DNA from: Cenococcum geophilum
Lineage: Eukaryota
Length of the DNA: 64,000 bases
Assembly (NCBI GenBank): GCA_050273025.1
Contig: CP158635.1
Coordinates: 29,202,001 to 29,266,000, forward strand
Reading direction: 5' to 3'
The position numbers were made by a program, and so were the translations under genes. Below the pieces are notes generated by a model that did not search any database, was not told the origin of the DNA, and saw nothing but the letters and a program-made list of their open reading frames with translations. Positions 1 through 13,400 of this stretch are shown one piece after another; within the stretch, counting starts at the first letter, position 1; each line of letters starts with the position of its first letter.

Positions 1-208
1 ACATAAAAGGATATCACGTAGCTACGGTTCGTAGATAGTATAATAATTGTTGTTTTTAATATATATAAGGGAGGGCGAGGAGCTTAAAGCTCCTCGCTAC
101 GCTACTGCCGCGGCAATACGTGATGGCAACTTACCGCACGTAATGGCAACTTGCTACCTATAATGGCAATTTACCTTATATAGTAACCACTTACCTTTAT
201 TCCCAACA
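1..208 (-). repeat. Copia 3' LTR (truncated by window edge)
   Basis: Aligns without gaps to 2871..3078 and ends TCCCAACA (TGTTGGGA on minus). Differences are mostly C/T and G/A transitions. Confidence 0.95.
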
Positions 209-599
209 CTAGCAACTCTTCTTTTATAGTTGCCATTTATATATATATATACCGCTTAACTAGTATAATAAATATTAATCCTCCTTACTTACTATTGCTA
301 TTGTAATATAAGTCTCGCTATTCTAAAATTTGCCTCTTAGCACGTGGTGCTTTCTTACTTAGAAGTTATAGGTAGATATCTTATTTGGAGGGCCGCTAAG
401 GCCCTAGTAGTAAGTAAGCTAATAGCAATTTTCTATCCCAGGGATAGAAAATCCTAATTAGCTAGGTTAAGTTAGGGTCTGTAAAATATTATACTCTAAA
501 AAAGTCTTAGTAAGAGAATCTAACTAATTAAATAACTTTAACCGCCGGTTAAAGTTCCTAGATATCTTAAGACCTTATATAACTAAGAAATTTCTAGGG

Positions 600-2458
600 A
601 CTCCCTTTTAACCTAACCTTTAACTTATATACGTAGAGTATTTGTATAAATAAACGTCTCTAGTGCCTTATTTGGGTTCGCCTTTATTATTACATCTACT
701 AGGTTATCTTAGCTATTAATCTATTAAATCTTAAAGAGTTTTTAACGCTCGTAGGATTGTTAAAGTGCTATAATATTAATTATAAGGCGCTTCTCCTTTA
801 TAGTACTAAGCTTAATTAAACACTTATAGAGGGAATATAAGTCAGTGTACACGATTATAGGGATAATAGGAAGTTTAAGTTAATCTATAATTATCTTTAG
901 AGTAGTTCCAATTGTAATTGCCATATTAACTCCACTAATTATTTTATATATCTCTAACGCCTAAAACACTTTGGGTGACGCGCTTGCTCTTAGTTAAGCT
1001 CTAATAGATAAGATTACTATAGATTATAAAGTCATTCTCTCTAGTAAATTTATTTGTAATAATAATTTTATATCCTAACTAGGAGCTAAAATCTTTATTA
1101 TTTATAAATAATTTATTAATAAATATAAAGAGCTTAGCGGTAGGAAGATTAATAGGCACGTAGAGTAGTCCCTAATTAAGATAGTTCATTTGCTAGGAAA
1201 GACGTTTATTTAGGGCAAGAACGTTATCCTTAGTTAGTTCCTAGTGTTAGGCGGCAACAGAGAGATTAAATAAAGCCTTAGGTTGATAAATAGAAGTAAT
1301 ATAAGCTCCGCGAGCGCGTTGCTCTATATATCCTTGTTTTAGAGAGTTAACGTTAATAATATTAATCCTCTTGCCTTAACCCTTCTGGCGCAAAGCAATA
1401 GAATCCTTATTTAGGGAGAGGATGCATTTATTAAAAAGTAATAGTGTTATTAAATTAAGCTTTTCCTTTAGCTTTGCCATAAGATTTGCCTTTACTAGCT
1501 TATTCTCTTTAAGAGCTAAGAATTGGTCGTCTCCTAAGATAATTATATTATTAGTTTGCATACTAACGATTCCAAATAGGGTTTCCGTGGTTGTGATAAG
1601 GAAGCAGGGATCGAATGTAGAAGTAGTCATCAAAAGCTTCTCTTTATGGTGCTTGCTGTAGGTAGCCCACCAGTGAGTTCCTGCCTCTGCGATTCCATAT
1701 AATGGCTTAAGCACAACCATGATCGTATCTTCAGGATACTGGTGGTATTGAATTCCGACCTTGTTGCAACAGTCATAGAAGACCTGTAGTTTTGCTCCGA
1801 GCATGTCGTATAATTCTCCTCTAAACTTCTTCTCTTCATCCAAATATACCTTCATTAGATTCGTAACTTCTCGTAGTAGAGGGTCACCGGTTGGCTAGAG
1901 TAGAGAAGCTAGAGGTGGCGGAGGTAGAGGAGTGCCTCTAGGTAGGAGAGCACCTCCAGGTGGGAAAGCACCTCTAGGTAAGAGAGTAGCGTTCTGGGGG
2001 TTTCGTTCCGAATTAAAGTTGCCCTCTAAAGAATATAGGTTGGTTCTAGGTTTCCGTAGTTAACGTATAATCTTAGCTTCTGTCTATACTGGTTCTTCTA
2101 TACTAGTAATAACGGCCTAAATATTACTAGTAATTAGGTTACCGTTCTTAGTAATATATACCCCATTCCTACGGAGAAAGTCTTAAAAATTCTAAACAAT
2201 ATCAACATTGCCAAGTACCTAGGTGTTAGCGGTCCATCTTATAAAATCCTCCCTAAAATATTCCCATAGCTGTAAATTAGCGTAATATCTACTTTAGTAG
2301 AACATAATACAGTATAGAAGAAAGCTATTAACTTATTTTACGGTATAAGTTATTATATTAAAGGTAAATTCGTCCCGATTTTTATTAATAAGTTTCGCGT
2401 ACGAAGTTACCCCTAGTGGTAAGGAGTCTTCCCAGTCGTTTAAAGTAGGCGTAGCCAT
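600..2458 (-). pseudogene. Copia gag joined in frame to the C-terminal RT/RNase H (protease, integrase and N-terminal RT deleted)
   Basis: ATG GCT ACG CCT at about 2458. ORF 1376..1855 switches from gag-like KFRGELYDMLGAKLQVFYDCC to RT PEDTIMVVLKPLYG at about 1736. Confidence 0.8.
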
Positions 2459-2862
2459 GTTTTTGGAGGGAGGGAAGTATTATTAGTGTAGGGATTATCG
2501 TTTAGTACGCGTTCGTAATATATATTTGTCGTTTAGTACGCGTTCGTTGTTTAGTACGCGTTTAGACGTATATTTATGATTATAGGGCTTAGGACCAGTT
2601 CTGGCCTTAAATCGCGAAGACTCGTAAAGCGTGTTATTCTGCGTAATAGACGCAAGAATCCGTAATCTTAGAAAGGCTTAGGACCAGTTCTAGCCTTTAG
2701 ATCCTTAGATTTGTAAAAGAGTTCTATTTAAAGTTTAGGACCAGTTCTAACCTTAAAAGACAGCTCCCTTTAGCATAAGTAGTACTAGTATAATAGCTTG
2801 TCTCTTCTTATTAGAATACCTAGCTGCTCTATAGTATAACAGTAAAGTTAACTACTAATTAG

Positions 2863-3078
2863 TATTAGTTATACAAGGGGATATCATGTAGCTACGGTTC
2901 GTAGATAGTATAATGATTGTTGTTCTTAATATATGTAAGGGAGGGCGAGGAGCTTAAGGCTCCTCGCCACGCTACTGCCGCGGCGACACGTGACGGAAAC
3001 TTGCCGCACGTAACGGCAACTTGCCACCCGTAATGGCAATTTGCCTTATGTAGTGACTACTTGCCTTTATTCCCAACA
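2863..3078 (-). repeat. Copia 5' LTR (216 bp)
   Basis: Termini tattag...cccaaca (RIPed TG...CA). Direct repeat of 1..208. Confidence 0.93.
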
Positions 3079-3314
3079 TTAACCAAATTCTACTAGATTA
3101 ATTAAATTTTACTAAAGTCTGTTAAAGACCGCGTATATATATGCGCATATATTGACCACTAAGTCCCTAACTATTTAATTATATAATTCTCTTATTATTC
3201 CTTTCTCTTCTTTACGCAACGTCTTGTTTTTAGCGAGAGCTATATACCCTTAGATTTAGATAAAATTTATATTATTCCTTCGAATCTTCCCCGAAGTCTC
3301 TTCGCGCCCTTATA

Positions 3315-4897
3315 GCACTAAAAATCCTATAATTTAAGGAAAACTATATAATTAAGAAGGCTTATATAGGAGAGATTAATAAAGATAGAGACGAATTAGT
3401 AGCTAGTTTTAGCTCTAGTTTTAACTCTAAAAACTTTACTATAAAGTACCTTCTACAGCTAAATATATAGCTACTATCTCTAACTTCTAAAGTCTAATAA
3501 TTAATTTAAAATTAGAAAATAAAGAAAACATCTTTAGAGCATCAAAAACCGTGGCTTCCCCCTATTTCTGCATCCTTTTCTATCTCTAAAAGTTATAAGG
3601 AAGAAGCTGTATAAAAATATCTAAGACTAGTAGAAGATTTATAAGAATCCCTAGAGTGGGACCTAGTAGATAAATACTATATAGATGGCTTAAAAGATAG
3701 CAAATTAAGTATAGTAGCTGTATATAAAATAGGAGAGAGAAATAGAATTAAATATGCAATAAACTGGAATCTAGAACCATATATAGAAATTATAAACGTA
3801 GAACTCTATTTAGTCTATAGGGCCCTAGAATACCTAAAGCAGTAAAGACTAAAAGAGAAGTAGGTTTATATTTTTAATAGATAGCCAGGCGGCTACTAAA
3901 AGATTATAACTAAATTCTTTTATGGGTGGACAAGAACTAGTCTTTAAAATTACGCAAAGTTGCTTATACCTAGCTAGTAGGAGTGTCTCTATTAACTTTT
4001 ATTAGGTTCCTAGCCACCTAGAAATCTATAAAAATAAAATAGCTAATAAACTAGCTAAAAAGGGTCTTTCTAGAAGAAAAATACAGTCTTTTTATACCTC
4101 CTTAGCCTATATAGAGAGAGTAGCAAGAGAAAAGATACTGGAATAGTGGAAAAATAATTAGCAACTAAATAAAAATAAAGGAAAACACTATACTAGGATC
4201 TGTAAAGGAAACTATTCCTTTTCTCTTAAAGCCCCTAAGGATAGATATCCTAAAAAGCTATAGTTGGCTTTCTTTCAGCTAAAGCTAGGAAAAGGCTTCT
4301 TTAAGTCCTTCTTAAAGACAATAGGAAAAGATAAAGAAGGCAGATACTTTAGAGAATGTAAAGCTATACAAACTCCTAAGTATTTACTACTAGACTGCAA
4401 CCTATATAGAGGAGAGAGAAAGGAGATATAAAGGCAACTAGGGTCTTTCCTCTCTCTAAAGAAACTATTTTATATAAAGAGATGCGCTCTTTTTATTTCG
4501 AAATAGGACAGAAATAGTTACTAGAAAGTGGCTAATAACAGTAGGATTCTTAGAAGGAGGTAACTCCTACTAGGATTCTAGTAGATAAATATTAGAGAGT
4601 AAAAGGATAGAATAAACTACAAATAGGGCATAGATAGGCGTTAGGGTTTCTTAATTTCTTATAGTCTTTTCTATTTTTTTTCTAAACTACCTATTAGTTG
4701 TTAATAACCTAGTATTTTACTAGGGACTAGTAAACCCCTAGTCTAGAGGTTTATAAACTATTAGGATATAGCTACTAGTATATATTAAGCTGCCTAAAAT
4801 GATTTATATATATAGAACTATAGAGCTATAGCCTAGAGGCTGTATGCGTAGTATTGTATATAGTATAATACAATAGATATAAAAAATAAATAAAAAA
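3315..4897 (+). mobile_element. 5'-truncated LINE (Tad1-like, RNase H-bearing): ORF2 3' end plus 3' UTR
   Basis: De-RIP reading gives YYTDGSK (~3675), DSQAA (~3880), HWVPGH.GIYGNEIAD.LAK (~4000) and the C-terminal zinc finger C..EC...QTPKHLLLDC (~4345-4400). A-rich tail at about 4880-4897. Confidence 0.88.
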
Positions 4898-7614
4898 TAT
4901 AGCTTAACCCTGTCTTGATTTTTTTATATATCGCTTTAACTTAGTACTATACTAACTTAGTTACTATACACCTTCTATATTATTAAGTATTTTTAATATT
5001 AACCTAACCTACAATCTAATTAATTTTTAAATTATATTTCTATAACTAAGGCATACCTAATACTGCCTTATCCCGTCCTAATAGTAAGATATTAAATGAT
5101 ATCTTAATTAGCCTTTCTTTAATAGTTATCTAAATAGGTCCTATTTTAAGATTAATAATGCCTCCTTTATAAGCTATTAGATCTCCTTAAATTATAACTA
5201 ATAGATAAAGGTGCTTTTTTTATTTATAATATAGTCCTATCCTTTTAACTACTATTAGTAAGATATAGTTCCTTATTACTCCACTATCTATTAGCGCTTT
5301 AAACTACTAATCTTACTAATTAACTTATAAATTTAGATATTATCCTTAAATTCTTTTAAGGCTCTAAGGCTTTACTACTAGCTCCTTCTAGTTTTATAGG
5401 CCTCTACTTTTCTTAACTATTAGCTACTAGATTTTACTTATACTTAATTTACTTTCGGCTAATGCCTAGTTCGCTTTTTATCTTTAATATACTATAAATA
5501 TATATTTTTTAAGTATTCTCACTACTATTATCCGTTTAAGTATTTTTCCATAAGCAATCTTTCTAGTTAAAGTATTAAGTTATTTAACTTTTAAACTTCT
5601 ACTAAATGCTAGCCGCATATATACTTAGTATTTTGATACTATTGCTTATCTAGCGCTTAATATATCCTTATTAGGTACTTTCAATTATTTTCTTTTAGGT
5701 TTTTATATATATATGCAATCTATACTAATATACAATACGCTAGGTGTCTTAGGTTAACTTTTAGCTTATCTTTACTCTTAAGTTTAAACATTTATTTAGT
5801 TAATCTAAACGTTAGTTTCTTATTTACTAGTACTAATATTTATCTTTAATATTTTTAGTCCTCTAATTGTTCTTCTAAACTCTTAGTTATTATAATTAAT
5901 ATCTCCTTAATATAACTTATACGCCTTTCTATTATTACTTAGTTTTAGATAACTCTTTTATTTAGCTACAAGTAGAAATCTTTCTATTTATTACTACGTT
6001 GCCACCTATACTACTTTTAGTACAGCTCTATAAGTATATATAATCTATTTATAATAAAGTATCTTATTATTGCTATATTATAATAGCCTTTTATATACCG
6101 TTGTTTAAATCTAGTTAAAATCCCTAAAATCTCTTCTTATTCTAGTTTTTTAAGCTATTTTACTCTTAGCGTGCCTGCTCTAAGCCTATTAGTAATCTTT
6201 TATAAAAGTGCTTTATCTTTAGGTCTACCTAATATCTTTAGTCCTTAATAACCTTTTTATTCTTACTACGCTTTAATTTAATTTTTCAATCCTTCCTAGT
6301 CTTATCCTAGTTTGCATTAGCCTATTAAATTCTCTAAATCCTTAAATTTTATAATTTTAGTATTAATTATTCGACTCTAAGGCTAAACGCTTTATTTACC
6401 TTTTACTTACTATCTATTAGCGAATTTATCTACCTAGCAGCCTAGCTCTCTAGCTATGTCCTTTATACCTTTAGGGATTAAACCCTACTTTAGGTTTAAG
6501 TTCTTTTCCTATTTCTATAAAACCCGCTTTTATACTTTACTTATAGGGAATCTTTATCACATACTTATTTGTTTATCTATAAACTAAACTACTACTCTAC
6601 TCTATTAGTTTTTATTTATTATAGGTCCTTAAGCTTATCTTACCTTATCTTAAAAATCTTAAGTGTTTAGCCTTTTGCTTTTATTAAGTGCTAAAGTAGC
6701 TTATAGTCCTACTTCTCTTACGTCTTATAAAGTAATAGATATTATGTTTAATAGAGTTTAAATCCTTATTACTAAACGTTCTTCTATAGTAGATTTAACC
6801 TCTACCTCTATTATTACATTTTTACGGTCTATATGCTCCTAATAAGCTGCCTTCATTACCTTATTATTGCTGCTAATAGTTTAATCGTTTTAATTTTTAA
6901 ATCCTATTGCTGAATAGAACTAGTATATAAGAACTTTCTCTACTAACTACTAGCTAAATATACTATCCTAGTTCTAATCTAGTTTATAAAATTAATTTAG
7001 TTCTTTATCTAACTCTTGTATATATTATAGGACACTCCTATAATACCTTATACACGTCTACCTATTTCTACCGACTTAATAACTAAAGACTAACCACGAG
7101 ACGGCAATCTACTATATTCTGCTATATTCCGCCAAGTTCTACCAATATTACGGACGCTTTAAGTACGATGTTATGACTACTTAGAGAGGAGTTAGAAGAA
7201 GCTAGTTAGTTAATATAAGCACGGTCCAGGATGGAGCCGATAAAGCTATGTAATGAGGAATAGTAACTAAGGTCACGTAACGTAATCTATATAATCTATA
7301 GGATCTATATAATCCGTAACAGAGTAGATAGAATACACGTACATTATATATAAGAAGGATTTTATAGGAGTACGGTCGTGTATTTAAGGACCCTTAGTCC
7401 TTACCTAGATAGTTCCTTCCTTATAGTAATTCTTAGAATATAATTAGAGCTAATCTATTAGGCAACCACTCTATCAGTTATTATTACGTTGTTAACTTTA
7501 ATTTATATTACCTATATACCTAGCCTAATAACGAGCCTACTGTAGTACTTGCTATAAGGTTCCGTTATATAATTACTACCTAATTACGGTATTAAATATA
7601 GAAAGTTAAATAAT

Positions 7615-10460
7615 ATGCCACTAAAAGCAGCCACCATAATGCTATTAACGGCGGCAACTACTTTAAAGTCAGGAGGTGACACTAGTATAGTAGATACTAA
7701 CTTATAACAACCTATAACGGTTAGATAATTATAAGAGATAGTTAACCAGTTAATAACAAATAATGCGGCGCTAGAAGAAAGGATTAACAGGGTCGGTATA
7801 GTAAGAATTAAGTTACTATCTATTAAGAGATTCTTAGGGGAGTAATTAAAACTTAAAGGATTCCTTATATAAATGCACTTTAAAGTTATATAAGAGGGAG
7901 CGAAGCTACTAATACCTATGGATTAAATAGCATATGCGGGACTATTCCTATTAGGAAGGGCACTTAAGTAGTTTAAGCCTTACCTTATGGAAATATAGGT
8001 AAACGGAATGACGACCACTAATTAGGAGGTATGATTTATATTCTTAGGCTAGGAAGGGTTTACGGAGCGACTTATACAAATATTTAGAGACCTAGAGGCA
8101 GCAACTATAGTGGAAAGAAAACTCTAAGACATTATATAACGAACCTTAGCGATAGAATATATAATACAGTTCTAGACGTTAGCTATATAAGTTAAGTGGA
8201 ATAATAAGGCGCTTATGGCACAGTATAAATAGGGACTTAAGGCTAAAGTCTAGGACGCGATTATTCTAATAGAAGATGCGGACACCCTAAGAGAGTTAAT
8301 AGATTAAGCGATTAAGATTAATAATTGGATCTACTAAAGGGAATAGGCTAAGAGAGGTTAGGATAGAGTTCTATAGTTATATAAAACGTAAAGTACGCAA
8401 TAACCAAAGCTAAATTAGAAACTATAGTATGGCGCAGAGCTAATAGACCTAAGTAGTACTAAAGAAGCCTATAAGAGAGGGAGTAAGAAACTATAGAAAC
8501 CTAAAGGTTAAGGATTTAGTAATTATAGGACTAAGGAGCAGAGGCTAAACTAGGGATCTTAATAGCAGAAGACGTTTAGGCAGACTCTATAGTAAAGTTA
8601 GTAGTTTAAAGACGGAGCTTATATAAATTGTGGGAAACAAGGTTACTTTACGAGGGATTATAAAGATAGTTAAAATCACTATGTAATAAAGGGAACTAGA
8701 CTAATAGTAGAAGACATATACATATAGAGGGATAATAGTGTACTATAAGGAACAAAAGAGCGTTTAATTAGAAGTTTTGCGTTTTATTATAATAACGTAT
8801 GTTAAATTTATAAAGATACTAAGTACGGCGTAAGCTATTAGCTATAGGAGCTAAAATTCTTAGAGTATAGGGGAACTAACAAACTATTACGCAGACCGGA
8901 TATTAAAGACAACGAGTTTAATATAGGCGAGATATTTACAGACGACAAGGTAATAAGAACGGCTTACTAAAAGCGTGCAAACCTTAAAGAAGTTATATTA
9001 GAAGTAGAGACTAAGACCGGTATAGAGTAAGGATTAGTAACGGGTATTATAATACTATTAGATACGGCATCCATCGCTTTATAAGACGAAAGAAAGAGTA
9101 TCTTAAGGAGATTAAGCAAGCAGATAACTGCTAGTGCTAATTTATTACTTAATAAAGGCAAAAAGCTAAAGGCTTAAGATTCTTAAGACGAGATAAGAGA
9201 CGACTAAGATTCTTAAGATAAGATAAGGCATACCTAAGGACCCACAACAGATAAAAACCGATGGAGGAGGGTAATGGCTTAGTTTAAAGATATATAAATA
9301 AGCTTAGGACAGAGTTTCCTATAGATATAAGACTCTTAAGACAAGATAAGAACACCTAAGCCTAGCTAAATTAAGGTAGAAGTAAAGCTTAAGATAAAAG
9401 CAAGCTTAGGATTAAGAATCCTATAGGACTAAGATTTTAAGGCACAAATAAGGACTATTAACGAGATTAAGAAATAAGAAGACTTTAAGAATCCACTTAT
9501 AAGACGCAAAAAGAAAGAAACTATAGAGGAATTTAGAGCAAGAATTGCATTATAGCAAGAACAGAAACTAGATAAGAGGTTTAGTATACTAGGTCGTATA
9601 AGGGACAGAGTACCTATATAAAGAATTACTAATAGGCCTAGAGTAGGTATACTAAAAGCTAAGTGGCTTACCAAACTAGAATAAGAAGAGGATTTAGGAA
9701 TTCTAACTAGGTTCGAGAAACGATATATAAAGGGCTGTTATAATATAGTAATAAGAAGATACTTCTTTATAGATAAGCCGTATATACTCCAGTAGCTGTA
9801 CTAAAGGTAGTATAGGTAAAGGCATAACGATAAATAGGAAGATTTCTATATGTGGTTAGATAAAAAAGTTATCTAAAACCACCTAATTATAGAAAAGGCT
9901 ATAAGTCACATTAAAGGAGCCTTAATTATAATGTTAAAAGACCTAAAGAAGCGATTAGAGGACTAGAGAAGTAAGAGATAAATCTTAGTACCTACGAACG
10001 AAGTCGTAACGCTTAGATTAATAAGAGAAAGGTTTAAACTTAAGGATAAAGACAAGCTAAGAGTTAACTTAAGACACTAAGTATACTATATATTAGTATA
10101 GATCGCATATATAAATAATGTGTGTAATATATATAAAACACCTAAAGATAAGAACTAGAAGTACCTAGTAAGGATATATTAGGTACTAGATAAGGCGAAA
10201 TATAAAAACGCTAAGTATATATATAGTTAGCACTTAGTAGAAGTATAAAGCTAAGGGGACTTAATACTTTAGCCAGGAAGATTTCTTATAAAAAAATACC
10301 TAGATAAATAATAGTAGTGGGAATACCTAGGAAATACATGTCTATAGTATATTAAGGATAAGAAGTAAACTAAGTATTAGCTAAAAGTGGACTAAGTATA
10401 AACAGGATTAAATAGCCAATAGTTAGGAAAAGTAGAGGCCTATAGGACTAGAGGAAACTA
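7615..10460 (+). pseudogene. gag: Family A gag with CCHC knuckle and a long C-terminal extension
   Basis: ATG at 7615. De-RIP C.NCGKQGHFARDC at about 8620-8665. Additional Cys/His motifs near 8785 and 10100. Confidence 0.8.
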
Positions 10461-10469
10461 GTAGTAGAG

Positions 10470-13400
10470 CCTTAAACCCTTAAAGGAATTTAAGGATAAC
10501 ACCTAAATTTATAAGTTAAGTGGCAAGATTAATAGTTTAAAGTATTAATAGACAGTAGAGCAATAAGGAACTATATATTATTAGTAGCAGTTAAAAGAAT
10601 AGGGTTACTATATAGGAAAAAGGAGTATCTTTACCTATTAGTGATAATTTTAGGAGATCCGATAACCTATAGAGGAGGTATTATTAATCTCAAAATAGGA
10701 CCTATTCAGCTAATTATTAAAAGGAGATAAATTAAGATGTTTTTTAATATATTACCATTAGGAAACGACAAGGTAGTTTTAAAAATGCCTTAGTTATAGG
10801 AATATAACCTAAAGATTAATTAGATTATAGGTTAGGTTAATATTAAAGATACTTAATAACGTAAAATGTAATAATAAGCCAAGTTGGTATAGTACTAAGT
10901 AGGAGCAACCTATAAAGAAATAGAAAAAGGACTAAGTTATATACCAAAGAGATACTATAAGTATGGCAAGAAACTATAGTTACTAAAAAGCGAGGAGCTA
11001 TTAGAGTATATAGTATAGGACTATAAAATTAAATTAGAACTAGAAATAAGTCTATAGTTCTTTCTAATCTATAAGCTTACTAAAGAAAAAGGTAGAGCAT
11101 TAAAAGAGTTTATCTAGGAAAACTTATAAAAGGGATATATTAGACCATTACAGTTATTAGCAGGTTATCTAGTACTATTTATACTAAAGAAGAATGGTAA
11201 ACTAAGGCTGTATATTAACTATAGATAGTTAAACAGCATTCCTAAAAAGGATAGATATCCTTTACCCTTAATTAGCGAAATCTAAGATAGGATAGGTAAT
11301 ATATAAATCTTTACAAAGATAGATCTAAGGTGGGCGTACTATTAGATTAGAATTAAGGAAGGCGATAAATAAAAGGCAGCCTTTAGGTTAAAGGAAGGAC
11401 TATATAAACTATTAGTTATATAATTTAGGCTTATAAATATACTAGCAACGTTCTAGAAGCGTATTAACAATATATTAAGAGAACACTTAGATAAATTTAT
11501 TATAGTATATCTTAATAATAATATTATCTACTTAATAACTAAGGAAGAATACGGAGAATATATTAAATAGGTTTTAAAGAGACTATAAGAAGAATAGATA
11601 CTAGTAGCAATTAAAAAATAAAAGTTCTTTACTAAAAAGACTAATTTTGTTAGATTTATTATTAAACTAGGCTAACTTAGTATAGATTAAAAAAAGATTA
11701 AGGCTATAGTAAATTGGTAAGAATTAGAGAACGTTACGTAGTTAAAATTATTCTTAGGGTTTTGTAATTACTATAGAAGGTTTATAGCGCAATAGTTAAA
11801 GGATATTAAACTATTTACACGACTAATAAAGAAAGAAGAACTATGGGTATAGGGAGAGGAATAGTAAAATTATTTAAAAAAGTTAAAGAGTTATTTACCT
11901 AAGAGCTAGTTTTTAAAATCTATTAACTAGGACTAGAGACGGTTATAGAAATAAACGTATTAGACTTTATACTAAGGGCATACTTTATATAAAAATATTA
12001 AGATAGATAGCACCTAGTAGTATATTATAGTTGGAAGATAATACTACTAGAGTTAAACTACGACATCTATAATAAGGAGTTATTAAGTATAGTTATAGCA
12101 CTAAAGAAATAGAGAACATTCTTATAAGGTATAGAGAAACTATTTATAATTAAGATGGATTATAAAAACCTAACAGGATTCCTAATAATAAAGAAACTTA
12201 ACTAAAGATAGGTTAAATAGGTAGAGATACTTATAGAATACTATTCTAAAATCTAGTATATTAAGGGTATAGATAATATATAAGCAGACGCTTTAAGTTA
12301 AAGGGCTAAATTACAAAATAATAAAAAGCCATTAGGGGCTTTACTGCGAAGAGATATAAATAGATTAATTAGGTATAATTATCCAAAAATTATAGCAACT
12401 TAAGAAGAGCTAGAGAGAGTTTATAAGTTACTAGAAAGCTTTTAGGTATAAAAAATTCTAAAAGCATAGCTAGAGGATCCGTAGATAGATATATATAAAA
12501 ATTAAGAAGTAAAGTATATCCTAAGAAGTATAGCAGAATACTTTATAGAGGATTTCTATAAGGGATTAACTTAGGGACATAATAGAGCTATAGGCTTAGT
12601 GTTAAGACTCTAAAAGGAGTATATTATTAATAGAATCTAGGGCTTAGCATAGAAGGTCACTAAGGAATATTTAGATTACTAAAGAAATAAACTAATAAGG
12701 TATAAGCCATATAGAGGGCTACAACCTATTAAAATACTAGAGAGACTATAGGAGGTTATATTATAGGACTTTATTATTAAGTTGCTAAAATTAAGAGATC
12801 CTATTACCGGATAAGATTATAACGTAATTTTAGTAATAGTAGATAAGCTTATAAAGTAGGGATACTTTATAGTATACATAGAAGAAATATTAGTAAAAGA
12901 TATCGCTAGAATTTATATTAAAGAAGTATTTATAAAATATAAAGTATTAAGTAAGATTATATTAGATGAAGATCTAAGATTTATAATAGCATTTTAAGAG
13001 GTATTCTTAGCGGAATAAGGAGTAAGAGTAGTAACTTTTACCGCATATTATCTGCAAACAGACGGTTAAACGAAAAGATTAAATTAGACACTAGAGCAGT
13101 ATCTAAAGCATTATATTAATTACGCGCAGAATAATTAGGTATTATTATTACTAGTTATATAGTTTATATATAATATAACACTGCAAGAAGGGATAAGCAT
13201 ATTACTATTTAAGGCGAATTATGGATATAAGCTAAGAATATTATTATTGCCGTAGTAAGTAAAGAAAATAAGTAGTATAGCTAAAGAAAGAATAAAGATA
13301 CTAATAAATCTTTATATAGACTTTATAGAATTAGTAAAATAAGTATAAGAGAAAATAAAAAAGTATTATAATGCTAAGAGATCTAAGGGACTAGATCTTA

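Larger units (their letters stand above)
1..3078 (-). mobile_element. Ty1/Copia LTR retrotransposon, internally deleted (about 3.1 kb), RIP-mutated
   Basis: Colinear direct LTRs at 1..208 (first 8 bp outside the window) and 2863..3078. Purine tract (AAAAGAAGAG) at about 216-225 on the minus strand, next to the 3' LTR. Copia RT motifs KPLYGIAEAGTHWWATY and TSTFDPCFL lie in ORF 1376..1855, followed by degenerate RNase H sequence. Confidence 0.93.

Noticed and set aside
1422..1839. ORFs 1422..1661 (+) and 1630..1839 (-)
   Set aside because: Antisense or alternative-frame shadows of the Copia gag-RT remnant in a locally unRIPed patch.
3079..3314. 5' UTR/ORF1 or inverted 5' end of the first LINE
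   Set aside because: LINE ORF2-like reading begins only at about 3315, there is no convincing TSD, and the upstream part could not be assigned.
8967..9674. Minus-strand ORFs of 64 and 81 aa (similarly 23145, 42705, 52137, 52384 and 63605)
   Set aside because: Short antisense frames of RIPed TE coding sequence, rich in L/I/S/Y from AT bias. They are not membrane proteins.
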